From the IMG/VR virus record IMGVR_UViG_3300025767_000007: a stretch of 64,000 bases of DNA; one strand, 5' to 3'. A model generated the notes under the pieces. That model worked only from the letters and a program-made list of their open reading frames with translations, was not told where the DNA came from and ran no database searches. The position numbers and the translations under genes were made by a program. Shown here piece after piece: positions 20,224 to 29,495 of this stretch; the stretch's first letter is position 1; each line of letters begins with the position of its first letter. This stretch comes from an uncultured virus (IMG/VR IMGVR_UViG_3300025767_000007) (lineage: Duplodnaviria > Heunggongvirae > Uroviricota > Caudoviricetes).

Positions 20224-22428
20224 ATGGCAAATAATAATGATGACATTAAAAATGTATTATTAGCACTTAATCAATTTACTCCTGCTGATGCAGTATTAAC
20301 TGTCGATAGTGAAACTAAGAATACTGATATTGTGCAGGAAGGAATTAGAGTTACCAAAGAAGGTATTGAAGAAGCATGGGACACGTTAGAGGCTCCTAAG
20401 GCTAAAGAAGCTACTGCTGAAGCAGATACAGAGGTTACAGAGCATAACAGCGGTGAAGATGTTACTTTAACAGTTAACACTCCAACTGAAATCAAAGTAC
20501 CAGCAGAGCAAGCAGATATGATTGCTAATATGCTTAAATTAGCAGGAGTTGAAGTTGGCGACAAACCAGCTATGGACCAACCAGATATGGATATGGACAG
20601 CGGCGACGGAGAAGACTTACCTATGGTAATTCCAACTGATGACGAAGAAGCACCATTAATGGGTGCCTGTGCATCAGAAGGAAATGAATTCTCAGGTAAA
20701 CGCCAAGATGCTATTGATGCTGGAGAAGACGAGTTTGAAGTTGACGGTAAAACTCATAAAGTTAAAGGCGACAACGGCAAAACTGAATCAGAAGAAGTTC
20801 AAGAAGCCAAAGATAAGATGGTTTGTAAGCATTGTGGAGATGAAATTTATAAACCTAAATCAGATTGTGAATGTGATTGCAATGATCCAAAAGGTGATAA
20901 TTGGGTCAAAGAAACATATGAAATGGCTGAAGTTGAAGAATCAATTGAAAAGGCATGGAACGAAAATGTTACATCTGAAGCAATTGGACAGTATGCAGAT
21001 CCACTATACGATTTAATTGAAGAATTAGGAAGTCATCAGGTAGTAATGGATGAACTTATTCGTTATTTAGATGCTGATCAAATTAAAGAGTTTGTTTCAG
21101 ACTTCCGCAGACATCATGAAATGCCAGCAGATGGTCCTATTGATGATGACGATCCAAGATACATGGATGATGAAAATCTTCCAAAAGAAGGAGTTGAAAT
21201 GAAAAAAGAATCAGACACAGCTTTGTCTACAGGAAATGCAATAATGTATAAAGGCAAAGAAATTGATTTGCGTAAACTAGATTATGACATGCAAGACATA
21301 AGCGACGGTATGTGGGAAATAAATGCTCCTGTGTATTACACAGACGGTACAGAAGTAGCAGATGGTGATTATGATGGTTTATATGATCTGCCAGAATTAA
21401 ATGATTGGATATATCAAGATTATACGTCCGAGTCAATTGAAGAGTCAGACATTGATCAAATTGCAGACGTTGGAAAAGTCTATTCTAAGATTAACAAAAT
21501 GAAAATGGATTTGGTTGACAACGGCATGGAGCCAGAAGATGCACAGGACAAAGCATGTGAAAAATATGACTGTGATCCAGCAATGTACGACAAATATGTT
21601 GAAATGAAGAGAGATGAAAGAGAACAACCAATGCAAGAAGCTTTTGACAAAGTGGATAGAATTACCGATATGGAAGAACTCAATCTTTACGATCCTGCAG
21701 AAATAGAAGCCGCTAAGTCAATGAGTGCAGAACAACTTAAAGACGAGCTAATGGGCGACATCTATCATGTAATGGATAAAGCATCAGATGATTTTACTGA
21801 CAATGATTATATTGTGGATGAAATGGGTGATAACTTTGCCTCTATGCATTTAAACGCAGATGATGCAACATTGTCTTGTTATAGTGCAATGAGAGATTTA
21901 GTTGATGAAGATCCAGCAGACGTTTTACAAACAGGTCAAATGTGCCTTAAAATATTAGGTGCTCAACCATATGAAGCTAATGAGTCTAAAGATAATTTAG
22001 ATCCTCAAGTAAATCGTATTGCTGAGTTATCAGGTATAACAAACCCAGTAGCACAAGCAAACCCAGTAGCAGAAGCAGTTTCAACAACAGACCTTATTAC
22101 AAAGTATCAAGGTTCAGAAGTTGATGTTAACGATATGAACAGATTGTTAAAACTATCTGGAATGGGTGAACTAGACGAGTCTAAACTAGCAAATGCACCA
22201 GCAGGAACTAGTATGGATGAGCCAACTGAATTTGACAAATTACCAAGTGAAGTAGGTAAAGGTGCTGGTAACTCAGATTACATTAACCGTGCAGATGGCC
22301 AAGGAGAAAATCCAATGGGTATGCATAGTAGTGATGTTGAAGAGTCATTTAATACAGCTTTAGGTGAATACCGCAAGTTTGTAGCAGAAGGCATTATGGG
22401 AAAAAAGACTAAAAAAGCTAAGAAGTAG
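20224..22428 (+). CDS. Large acidic low-complexity protein, probably a head-internal/scaffold protein
   Basis: Very D/E/M-rich, with repeated (L/I)x(K/E)L(A/S)G and (V/I)EES motifs. Confidence 0.7.
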   Translation: MANNNDDIKNVLLALNQFTPADAVLTVDSETKNTDIVQEGIRVTKEGIEEAWDTLEAPKAKEATAEADTEVTEHNSGEDVTLTVNTPTEIKVPAEQADMIANMLKLAGVEVGDKPAMDQPDMDMDSGDGEDLPMVIPTDDEEAPLMGACASEGNEFSGKRQDAIDAGEDEFEVDGKTHKVKGDNGKTESEEVQEAKDKMVCKHCGDEIYKPKSDCECDCNDPKGDNWVKETYEMAEVEESIEKAWNENVTSEAIGQYADPLYDLIEELGSHQVVMDELIRYLDADQIKEFVSDFRRHHEMPADGPIDDDDPRYMDDENLPKEGVEMKKESDTALSTGNAIMYKGKEIDLRKLDYDMQDISDGMWEINAPVYYTDGTEVADGDYDGLYDLPELNDWIYQDYTSESIEESDIDQIADVGKVYSKINKMKMDLVDNGMEPEDAQDKACEKYDCDPAMYDKYVEMKRDEREQPMQEAFDKVDRITDMEELNLYDPAEIEAAKSMSAEQLKDELMGDIYHVMDKASDDFTDNDYIVDEMGDNFASMHLNADDATLSCYSAMRDLVDEDPADVLQTGQMCLKILGAQPYEANESKDNLDPQVNRIAELSGITNPVAQANPVAEAVSTTDLITKYQGSEVDVNDMNRLLKLSGMGELDESKLANAPAGTSMDEPTEFDKLPSEVGKGAGNSDYINRADGQGENPMGMHSSDVEESFNTALGEYRKFVAEGIMGKKTKKAKK

Positions 22429-22437
22429 GAGTAGCTA

Positions 22438-23997
22438 ATGGCAAACAGACCTAATTTTAGTTTTGTTAAATCGCCTTATCAATTAGAGAGATTCACGGAC
22501 GAACAAATCCGTGAACTCTCCATTTGTGCGAACGATCCAATTTATTTTATCGATACTCATTGTTGGGTACAACATGCAGTTCGAGGTAAAATACCTTTCA
22601 AACTTTATCGTTATCAACGTGATTTATTAAAATGCTATCATGAAAACAGATATAGTATTAATATGCTCGGAAGACAGATGGGCAAAACTGCCTGTGCGGC
22701 CGCATACCTAGTGTGGAGAGCATTATTTGTTGCTGATAGTACAATACTTATTGCGGCACATAAATTTGCTGGTGCTCAAGAAATTATGCAAAGGGTCCGT
22801 TATACATATGAAACACTTCCAGACTTTCTAAAAGCAGGCGCAACTAGTTATAATAAAGGTAGTATAGATTTTGACAACGGAAGTCGTATCATGTCAGCAA
22901 CAACCACAGACAATACCGGACGTGGTATGTCTATATCTTTATTATATGCTGATGAGTTTGCCTTTGTTAAGCCTAGAATTGCAACTGAATTTTGGACATC
23001 AATTTCACCTACACTAGCAACAGGTGGTAAATGTATTATTACAAGTACTCCAAACCAAGATGACGACCAATTTGCTCGTATATGGAAAGAAGCAGAAAAG
23101 AAGATTGATGACTTTGGAAATCCTAATACTAATCCTACACTAGGACAAAACGGATTTGCAAATATACAATTTAAATGGAACAGACATCCAGAAAGAAATG
23201 AAGATTGGGCAATGGAAGAACGTTCTAAAATTGGAGAAGAAAGATTTAGAAGAGAACACGAATGTGAATTTATTATTGCAGATGAAACATTAATTAATCC
23301 TTTAAAATTGGTAAACATGAAAAGCCAAGATGCAAAATTTAATTTAGGACAAGTCCGTGTTTACGAACAACCTAATGCTACAGCATTTGTAATAGGATGG
23401 GATCCTTCATTAGGAACAGGCGGAGACATGGCCGCAATCGAAATATATCGTTTACCAGATGTTGTACAAGTAGCAGAATGGCAACATAATAAAACAGATA
23501 TACAAGGCCAGTTAAGACAACTTGTTAGTATGTTACGTTGGCTACAAACCGAATGCCCTGACGCAGAACTATATTGGTCAGTAGAGAATAATAGTATTGG
23601 TGAAGCATCGTTAGTTTCAATTAAAGAATTTGGAGAAGAAAACATTCCTGGTAACTTTGTACAAGAAGTAAGAAAGCCCGGACAAACAAAAGGAAGAAGA
23701 GGATTTAATACAACGCATAAAAGTAAAATTACTTCTTGTATGCGTTTGAAGAGCTATATTGAAGGCGACAAAATGACAGTAAGAAGTCATAACTTGTTAA
23801 GAGAAATGAAAAATTTTATTGCTAAAGGTTCTAGTTTTTCTGCTAAAGAAGGGGAAACTGATGATTTAGTAATGTCTACAATATTAGCATTAAGAATTAT
23901 TGAGGTAGTAATGGCATGGGATATGCCAACATATGAATATCTCATAAATAGTGATACAGAAGAAGCAATTAAGCCTATGCCTATTGGCTTCTTATAA
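22438..23997 (+). CDS. terL: Terminase large subunit (T4 gp17-like)
   Basis: Walker A GRQMGKT, Walker B LLYADEFAF, ITSTP, nuclease WDPSLGTGGD and DDLVM. Confidence 0.95.
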   Translation: MANRPNFSFVKSPYQLERFTDEQIRELSICANDPIYFIDTHCWVQHAVRGKIPFKLYRYQRDLLKCYHENRYSINMLGRQMGKTACAAAYLVWRALFVADSTILIAAHKFAGAQEIMQRVRYTYETLPDFLKAGATSYNKGSIDFDNGSRIMSATTTDNTGRGMSISLLYADEFAFVKPRIATEFWTSISPTLATGGKCIITSTPNQDDDQFARIWKEAEKKIDDFGNPNTNPTLGQNGFANIQFKWNRHPERNEDWAMEERSKIGEERFRREHECEFIIADETLINPLKLVNMKSQDAKFNLGQVRVYEQPNATAFVIGWDPSLGTGGDMAAIEIYRLPDVVQVAEWQHNKTDIQGQLRQLVSMLRWLQTECPDAELYWSVENNSIGEASLVSIKEFGEENIPGNFVQEVRKPGQTKGRRGFNTTHKSKITSCMRLKSYIEGDKMTVRSHNLLREMKNFIAKGSSFSAKEGETDDLVMSTILALRIIEVVMAWDMPTYEYLINSDTEEAIKPMPIGFL

Positions 23998-24010
23998 GGT
24001 AAATAACAGT

Positions 24011-24922
24011 ATGGCAAATAAAGAAAATATATCATCTGACTTAGTTGGAACTTTAACAGGGCTTAGTCATAGTGTAGCACTTCGAGATGACGAAGGTAGA
24101 GCAACTGTTAATGCAGATGCTTCTATATACCTATACATTAAAGATAAAGGTATTCTTGTATTAGTTAAGAATGATGTCAAAGAAGTTGAAATTTGGTACG
24201 ATCCTGCTTCAGCAGATATGGAATTTGTTAAAAACGAAATTAAACCACGGGTAACTACTACAGCTAGAAGATATCTTTATAGCACAACAACTAGAAGTTA
24301 TGACGGAGAAATTAGACCTAAAGATTTTGTACACAGAACACAAACAAATGAAAGTAGGAATACAAGTAAATCCAGTTATCATCCGTTGGGCGAAACAAGA
24401 ATTATTATTCGACACAATAAAAAAGTAGACGAAGAAAAACGTGGAGCTCGTAGCCGTAATATACAAGATGTTTTTATTGAACATAAAGGCGAAAGATTTA
24501 GATATCCTCATAAACATTTACTAGGTGCTAGAGTCATGGCATTACATGTTGATCAAGGTGGAAAGCCTTGGGATCAACTAGGCGAAAAAATTAACGAAAT
24601 TAGCAGACGTAGAAAAGACATTATGGAATTATTACGTTGGAGTAACAAAATTGAACCGTCATCGCAACTTGAAGAAATTAGAAGTCGTGCAAAAAGTGAG
24701 GTATTATTGCTTCGTAGAATAATGGATAGTGCCGCTAGAACTGGTAAATTAGATCGTATTGTTGAACATAAGCTAATAATTAGACAGCCAGTATCAGAAT
24801 CAAATTTAAATATTATACGAAATACAAATGTTAAACTTAAATTAATCCCTGGGTTAGAAATTATTAGGCCAGAGGGGTTAGTTACTGAAGAACTTAATAT
24901 ACTAACTAATAAATTATTATGA
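24011..24922 (+). CDS. Hypothetical virion-associated protein
   Basis: ATG at 24011 lies 5 nt after TAAATA; ARSRNIQDVFIE..GERFRYP motif. Confidence 0.7.
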   Translation: MANKENISSDLVGTLTGLSHSVALRDDEGRATVNADASIYLYIKDKGILVLVKNDVKEVEIWYDPASADMEFVKNEIKPRVTTTARRYLYSTTTRSYDGEIRPKDFVHRTQTNESRNTSKSSYHPLGETRIIIRHNKKVDEEKRGARSRNIQDVFIEHKGERFRYPHKHLLGARVMALHVDQGGKPWDQLGEKINEISRRRKDIMELLRWSNKIEPSSQLEEIRSRAKSEVLLLRRIMDSAARTGKLDRIVEHKLIIRQPVSESNLNIIRNTNVKLKLIPGLEIIRPEGLVTEELNILTNKLL

Positions 24923-25653
24923 TCAATTGGCAGAATGCCTATAATATACCTGGATGGATGCTTTGGAGAGATTTAATACTTTTAGGTATTATTGCTAAAC
25001 ATACATCAGAAAATTCAAATTTTATAGAAATTGGTAGTTTTGTTGGACGTAGCACTATGGCTATTAAAGACAATTTACCAGAAAGCACTTGTTTGACAAG
25101 TATCGATCCGTTATCAACGCAAATTTGGTCTGCGTATAAAATGGGTCCAGGTTGTTTAGGAGATCAAAAGGATAAAGAAGATTCTAAGATATACAGCAAC
25201 TGGAAAGAAATGGTAAAAATAGCACAAGAGCATGACAGCTGGATTCCTAGTTTTAAACATTGTACAAATTTTGTTGAAAGTGATAAATGGAAGCTAATAA
25301 CAAAAAGAAGTGATGAATACGAAATCCCACATGATATGAATATTGATGCAGTTTTTATAGATGGTGACCATTCCACCGAACAAGTTGAACGTGATATCTG
25401 TAAGTTTATAGATGCAGATCCAAATGATGAGATGTTAATGCTAGGGCATGACTTAAACCTAGATCACCATGATGACATATATCCAGCATTAGTTAGAACA
25501 CAACGACACCCACGTTATAGACATAGAAGGCGCATATTAGTACAGATGCAATTATCTGAAATATGGTTTCTTTGGCCTACAAAAGGCAAATGGGCAACCC
25601 TTTTACCACAAATTATAAACGAAGTCAACCACGAAAGTGAATATTTCTCCTAA
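24919..25653 (+). CDS. Class I SAM-dependent methyltransferase (Methyltransf_24-like)
   Basis: FIEIGSFVGRST motif I, FIDGDH and GHD. Confidence 0.8.
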   Translation: MINWQNAYNIPGWMLWRDLILLGIIAKHTSENSNFIEIGSFVGRSTMAIKDNLPESTCLTSIDPLSTQIWSAYKMGPGCLGDQKDKEDSKIYSNWKEMVKIAQEHDSWIPSFKHCTNFVESDKWKLITKRSDEYEIPHDMNIDAVFIDGDHSTEQVERDICKFIDADPNDEMLMLGHDLNLDHHDDIYPALVRTQRHPRYRHRRRILVQMQLSEIWFLWPTKGKWATLLPQIINEVNHESEYFS

Positions 25654-25681
25654 ATACCGTCTAAAACGGATAAATGGACAC

Positions 25682-25710
25682 TTGACTTTAACTAAGAAGA
25701 TAAGTATAAT
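25682..25710 (+). promoter_or_regulatory. sigma70-type promoter
   Basis: TTGACT-17 nt-TATAAT. Confidence 0.75.
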
Positions 25711-25792
25711 TACAATGTAGGCCGGGAAGGTTTACGTTGTTTGGCTCATAAGATATGAACAAATTAAGGCTCATAATAAGGAGAAAATAATT

Positions 25793-26821
25793 ATGGCAAC
25801 TTTAGCAGAAATACGAGCTCGTCTAACCGAGCAAGCCGCAAAATCGGGCGGTTCAACTCAATCCGGTGATAACGGGCTTTTCGCCCATTGGAACATTCCA
25901 GAAGGAACATCCGCAGTAATTCGCTTTCTACCAGACGGCGACGAATCCAATACATTCTTTTGGAGAGAACGTTTAATGATGCGTTTTGAATTTCCAGGCA
26001 TTAAAGGCCAGGATGAAAATCGCAAATGCATTGTTCAAGTACCTTGTGTAGATATGTGGGGAGAGTCATGTCCAATTCATGCTCAATTACGTCCTTGGTT
26101 TAATGATCCAAGCATGGAGCAATTGGCTAGGAAATATTGGAAGAAACGTAGTTACGTTTTTCAAGGACTTATCGTATCTAGTCCAATGGATGAAGAAAAT
26201 GTTCCAGATAATCCAGTTCGTAGAATGATTATTAGCCCTCAGATTTTTACAATCATTAAGAGTGCATTAATGGACGTTGAGATGGAAGAGATCCCAACTG
26301 ATTACGAACGTGGTACAGACTTCCGTATCAATAAAACCCAAAAAGGTGGTTATGCTGATTATAGTACCTCATCTTGGGCTCGAAAGGAACGTAGTTTAAA
26401 CGAGGAAGAACTAGAAGCAGTTTCTAAGCATGGACTGTTTAACTTAGATCAGTTTATGCCTAAACGTCCTGGTAAGGAAGAAGTTGATATTCAACTAGAA
26501 ATGTTTGAAGCGTCAGTAGACGGGAAATTGTATGATCCAGAACGTTGGGGCAATTACTATCGCCCTAATGGAGCAACCTTTGCTACTTCTGCTTCAGCAA
26601 CTAATCCAGCTCCGGCTACTCCAGTAGCAACTGCACCCGCAACTCCAGTAGCAGAAGCGGCACCAGTAGCAACTCCGGCAGTAGCACCTGCACCAAGCAC
26701 TCCAGCAGAAGCACCAGATGGAAATCCATCTCCTGTTGATGCTCCTGCTACAGGTGAAAAGAAACCTAGTGTGGATGATATTTTAAGTATGATTCGCAAC
26801 AGGGAAACTACAGGTCAATAG
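25793..26821 (+). CDS. Single-stranded DNA-binding protein (T4 gp32-like)
   Basis: AVIRFLP, PCVDMWGESCP, G.DFRI.K..KGGYADY..S motifs; Pro/Ala-rich linker and short C-terminal helix. Confidence 0.9.
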   Translation: MATLAEIRARLTEQAAKSGGSTQSGDNGLFAHWNIPEGTSAVIRFLPDGDESNTFFWRERLMMRFEFPGIKGQDENRKCIVQVPCVDMWGESCPIHAQLRPWFNDPSMEQLARKYWKKRSYVFQGLIVSSPMDEENVPDNPVRRMIISPQIFTIIKSALMDVEMEEIPTDYERGTDFRINKTQKGGYADYSTSSWARKERSLNEEELEAVSKHGLFNLDQFMPKRPGKEEVDIQLEMFEASVDGKLYDPERWGNYYRPNGATFATSASATNPAPATPVATAPATPVAEAAPVATPAVAPAPSTPAEAPDGNPSPVDAPATGEKKPSVDDILSMIRNRETTGQ

Positions 26822-26828
26822 TAATATA

Positions 26829-26853
26829 AGGGTGGCAAGCGATTGTCACCCTG
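26829..26853 (+). terminator. Stem-loop after gp32 (terminator or processing site)
   Basis: AGGGTGGCAA-GCGA-TTGTCACCCT; no clear U tract. Confidence 0.5.
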
Positions 26854-26874
26854 ATTACACATTAAGGAGTAAAT

Positions 26875-27993
26875 ATGACAAATAGAGCATTTGACGTTTC
26901 CAAGTTTCGTAAAAACTTAACAAAAGCCGTGCCTGGTATGAGTACCGGTTTTAATGATCCAAGAGATTGGATTAGTACAGGCAACTACTGTTTAAACTAT
27001 CTTATGTCGGGTGATTTTACAAGGGCAGTACCCCTTGGTAAAGTAACAATGTTTGCAGGAGAGTCAGGAGCAGGTAAATCTTTTATTGCTTCCGGTAATC
27101 TTGTAAAGAATGCCCAAGCACAAGATATTTTACCAGTTATCTTAGATACTGAGAACGCATTAGACGAGGAGTGGCTAAAAGCATTAGGCATTGATACAGA
27201 CCCAGAGAAGTTAATGAGGTTTGGAGTTTCAATGGTTGATGAGGTTGCTAAATTTATCTCTGAGTTTATGAAAGCATATAAAGACGAGTATGGAGATCTT
27301 CCATATGAGGAACAGAAGAAGATCATGTTTGTAGTTGATAGTGTTGGTATGCTATTAACACCTACTGATATTAATCAGTTCGATGGAGGAGATCTAAAAG
27401 GCGACATGGGTCGTAAAGCAAAAGCACTTACGGCATTGATTAAAAATACTGTAAACCGTATTGCTCCGCACCCTGTGGGTTTGGTAGTTACTAATCATAC
27501 CTATGCAAGTCAAGATATGTTTGATCCGGACGATAAAATTACTGGTGGTGCAGGATTTGTCTATGCAAGTTCTATGGTTGTAGCAATGAAGAAGCTAAAA
27601 CTTAAGGTAGATGCAGATGGCAACAAAACATCACAAGTACATGGTATCAGAGCCGCATGTAAAATTATGAAAACAAGATATTCTAAACCTTTTGAAAGTG
27701 TACAAGTAGAAATACCGTACACAACTGGTATGAATCCATATAGTGGACTTGTTGAATTATTTGAAGCACGTGGTTTTCTTAAGAAGGAAGGTAACAAATT
27801 AGCATACACTATGTTAAATGGTGATATTATTAAGGAGTTCCGTAAGCAATATACCGGAGAAGTACTAGATAAGATAATGCAAGACGTTATCTCTCGTGGA
27901 CAAGAACTAGCATATAGTGGTACCGAGGAAGATATTATTGATCCTGACACAGGTGAGGTACTAGAAGAAGCCAAAGCAGTAGCAGTAGAGTAG
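26875..27993 (+). CDS. uvsX: RecA/UvsX recombinase
   Basis: WISTG, Walker A AGESGAGKS, DTENA, VVDSVG, TNHTY and GG motifs. Confidence 0.93.
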   Translation: MTNRAFDVSKFRKNLTKAVPGMSTGFNDPRDWISTGNYCLNYLMSGDFTRAVPLGKVTMFAGESGAGKSFIASGNLVKNAQAQDILPVILDTENALDEEWLKALGIDTDPEKLMRFGVSMVDEVAKFISEFMKAYKDEYGDLPYEEQKKIMFVVDSVGMLLTPTDINQFDGGDLKGDMGRKAKALTALIKNTVNRIAPHPVGLVVTNHTYASQDMFDPDDKITGGAGFVYASSMVVAMKKLKLKVDADGNKTSQVHGIRAACKIMKTRYSKPFESVQVEIPYTTGMNPYSGLVELFEARGFLKKEGNKLAYTMLNGDIIKEFRKQYTGEVLDKIMQDVISRGQELAYSGTEEDIIDPDTGEVLEEAKAVAVE

Positions 27994-27996
27994 AAA

Positions 27997-28425
27997 ATGA
28001 AGGATTTGATGAAAAGAATAGGTCGTTATAGACTTATTTTAGATAGAAATAGTAACGAACCTTACCTAGAAAGATACTATCTATTCTTAAAGGATCGTGT
28101 AAACTTTCCTTTTAACATCTTCCTTCATAAGTTTCTTAGAAGTGACCCGGATGATTTACACGATCATCCGTGGTCATACTTCACTCTTATTCTTAGAGGC
28201 GGATATTGGGAGCATACGTTAGACGGAAAGTACTGGCGAGGACCAGGACACTTTAGAGTATGCAAGGCAAATAGCTATCATAGAATTGAAATAGATCCTA
28301 ATGTTGATGTATGGACATTGTTTATGCCATTTAAGCAAAAACGAGAATGGGGATTTTTAGAAAAAGGTAAGAACTGGGTGCATCACAAGACATACTTGGA
28401 TAAACTTGCTAAAAAAATTAACTAA
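27997..28425 (+). CDS. Cupin-fold protein
   Basis: LHDHPW..LILRGGYWE..YHRI metal-binding cupin pattern. Confidence 0.7.
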   Translation: MKDLMKRIGRYRLILDRNSNEPYLERYYLFLKDRVNFPFNIFLHKFLRSDPDDLHDHPWSYFTLILRGGYWEHTLDGKYWRGPGHFRVCKANSYHRIEIDPNVDVWTLFMPFKQKREWGFLEKGKNWVHHKTYLDKLAKKIN

Positions 28426-28466
28426 GTATAGCGACTTGGTACCAAGTTTATTATGGAGAAAAAAAT

Positions 28467-28697
28467 ATGAGTGATAATTCAGGAGAAATGTTAGCAGAAA
28501 TATGGGTAGCATTAAAACCTTACCTTGATAAAAAAGATAGACCAGATGCCGCACAGGCATTTGTACGAGTTTCAGAAGAGTATATTAACCTAGAAATTCA
28601 TAGAGAAGAACTAAACGAAGCAGGAACAGAAATTAATCATGCATTAAATGAATTACTAGGCGAAGATGATGAGGATTTTGAAGAAGAGGACTACTAA
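28467..28697 (+). CDS. Small acidic hypothetical protein
   Basis: GGAG SD; abuts uvsY. Confidence 0.7.
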   Translation: MSDNSGEMLAEIWVALKPYLDKKDRPDAAQAFVRVSEEYINLEIHREELNEAGTEINHALNELLGEDDEDFEEEDY

Positions 28698-29159
28698 ATG
28701 AGTACATGGTATAGAAAAGTTCAGTCAGATATCACACATTTACCAAATTGCATAGGGCATTTTGAGAATGAGATAGCTGAAGCCCGTAAAGAGCTAAAAA
28801 TGAACGGAAGTCTCGAAAAAGCAAGTAGGGAAATGCCAGGACAGGTAGAATGGAGGTTTAATCAGCTACAAGAAATTGAAGCAATTCTCGAACATTTGAA
28901 TATTGAGCTTAGAAAAGTACGATCTGCTAAATTTAGGCAGTTTACAGAGCATTACAACCGTACATTAAGCAGTCGAGACGCAGAAAAGTACACAGATGGG
29001 GAGCCAGAAGTAGCACAGATGGAGAATCTCATCAATGAATTTGCATTGTTGAGGAATAAGTTCATAGGACTTACAAAAGCCTTAGATGCAAAGTCGTTTC
29101 AGATCAATAATATTACTAAATTACGGGTTGCTGGACTAGAAGACGTAGAATTACGTTAA
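28698..29159 (+). CDS. uvsY: Recombination mediator UvsY
   Basis: Helical protein ending KSFQINNITKLRVAGLED, close to uvsX. Confidence 0.8.
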   Translation: MSTWYRKVQSDITHLPNCIGHFENEIAEARKELKMNGSLEKASREMPGQVEWRFNQLQEIEAILEHLNIELRKVRSAKFRQFTEHYNRTLSSRDAEKYTDGEPEVAQMENLINEFALLRNKFIGLTKALDAKSFQINNITKLRVAGLEDVELR

Positions 29160-29215
29160 GTCGTTGATTTATAACAGAAATCTTTTTTTCAAAATCGTTT
29201 AAAATCAACAACTTA
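29157..29215. promoter_or_regulatory. Inverted pair of IHF-consensus sites
   Basis: TAAGTCGTTGATTT (29157-70) and AAATCAACAACTTA (29202-15); each arm fits WATCAANNNNTTR. Confidence 0.55.
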
Positions 29216-29231
29216 GCGGACCAGAAAAAGG

Positions 29232-29260
29232 TTGCTCTTTAGACGTTTATATCTTATACT
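29232..29260 (+). promoter_or_regulatory. sigma70-type promoter
   Basis: TTGCTC-17 nt-TATACT. Confidence 0.6.
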
Positions 29261-29267
29261 GTATATA

Positions 29268-29426
29268 ATGAGGAAACAGCAACAAAAGGTCATGCAAATG
29301 GAAGAAGCAATGAAAGCTAATATCGCACATTATAAAAGTTTAGGCGATAAGGTTGCTGAGCAGAATTGCCGTAATTTTTTGAAATTATATCAAAAAAACT
29401 TACAAAAAAAGCAAAATAATGGTTGA
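29268..29426 (+). CDS. Small hypothetical early protein
   Basis: Lies between two sigma70-type promoters; start at 29268 or 29292. Confidence 0.45.
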   Translation: MRKQQQKVMQMEEAMKANIAHYKSLGDKVAEQNCRNFLKLYQKNLQKKQNNG

Positions 29427-29451
29427 CTTATGGTCCAACTGGTGCTATACT
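29423..29451 (+). promoter_or_regulatory. sigma70-type promoter
   Basis: TTGACT-17 nt-TATACT with an extended TG. Confidence 0.75.
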
Positions 29452-29495
29452 GTAAGTACAATAAGAGTTCAACCACGCGAAACGAAGGAAAATTA

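Noticed and set aside
26590..26750. Short tandem-like repeats in gp32 (also 22041-22076, 46452-46500 and 56523-56548)
   Set aside because: They simply encode low-complexity linkers or the usual AGAFGAFGA helix of DctM.
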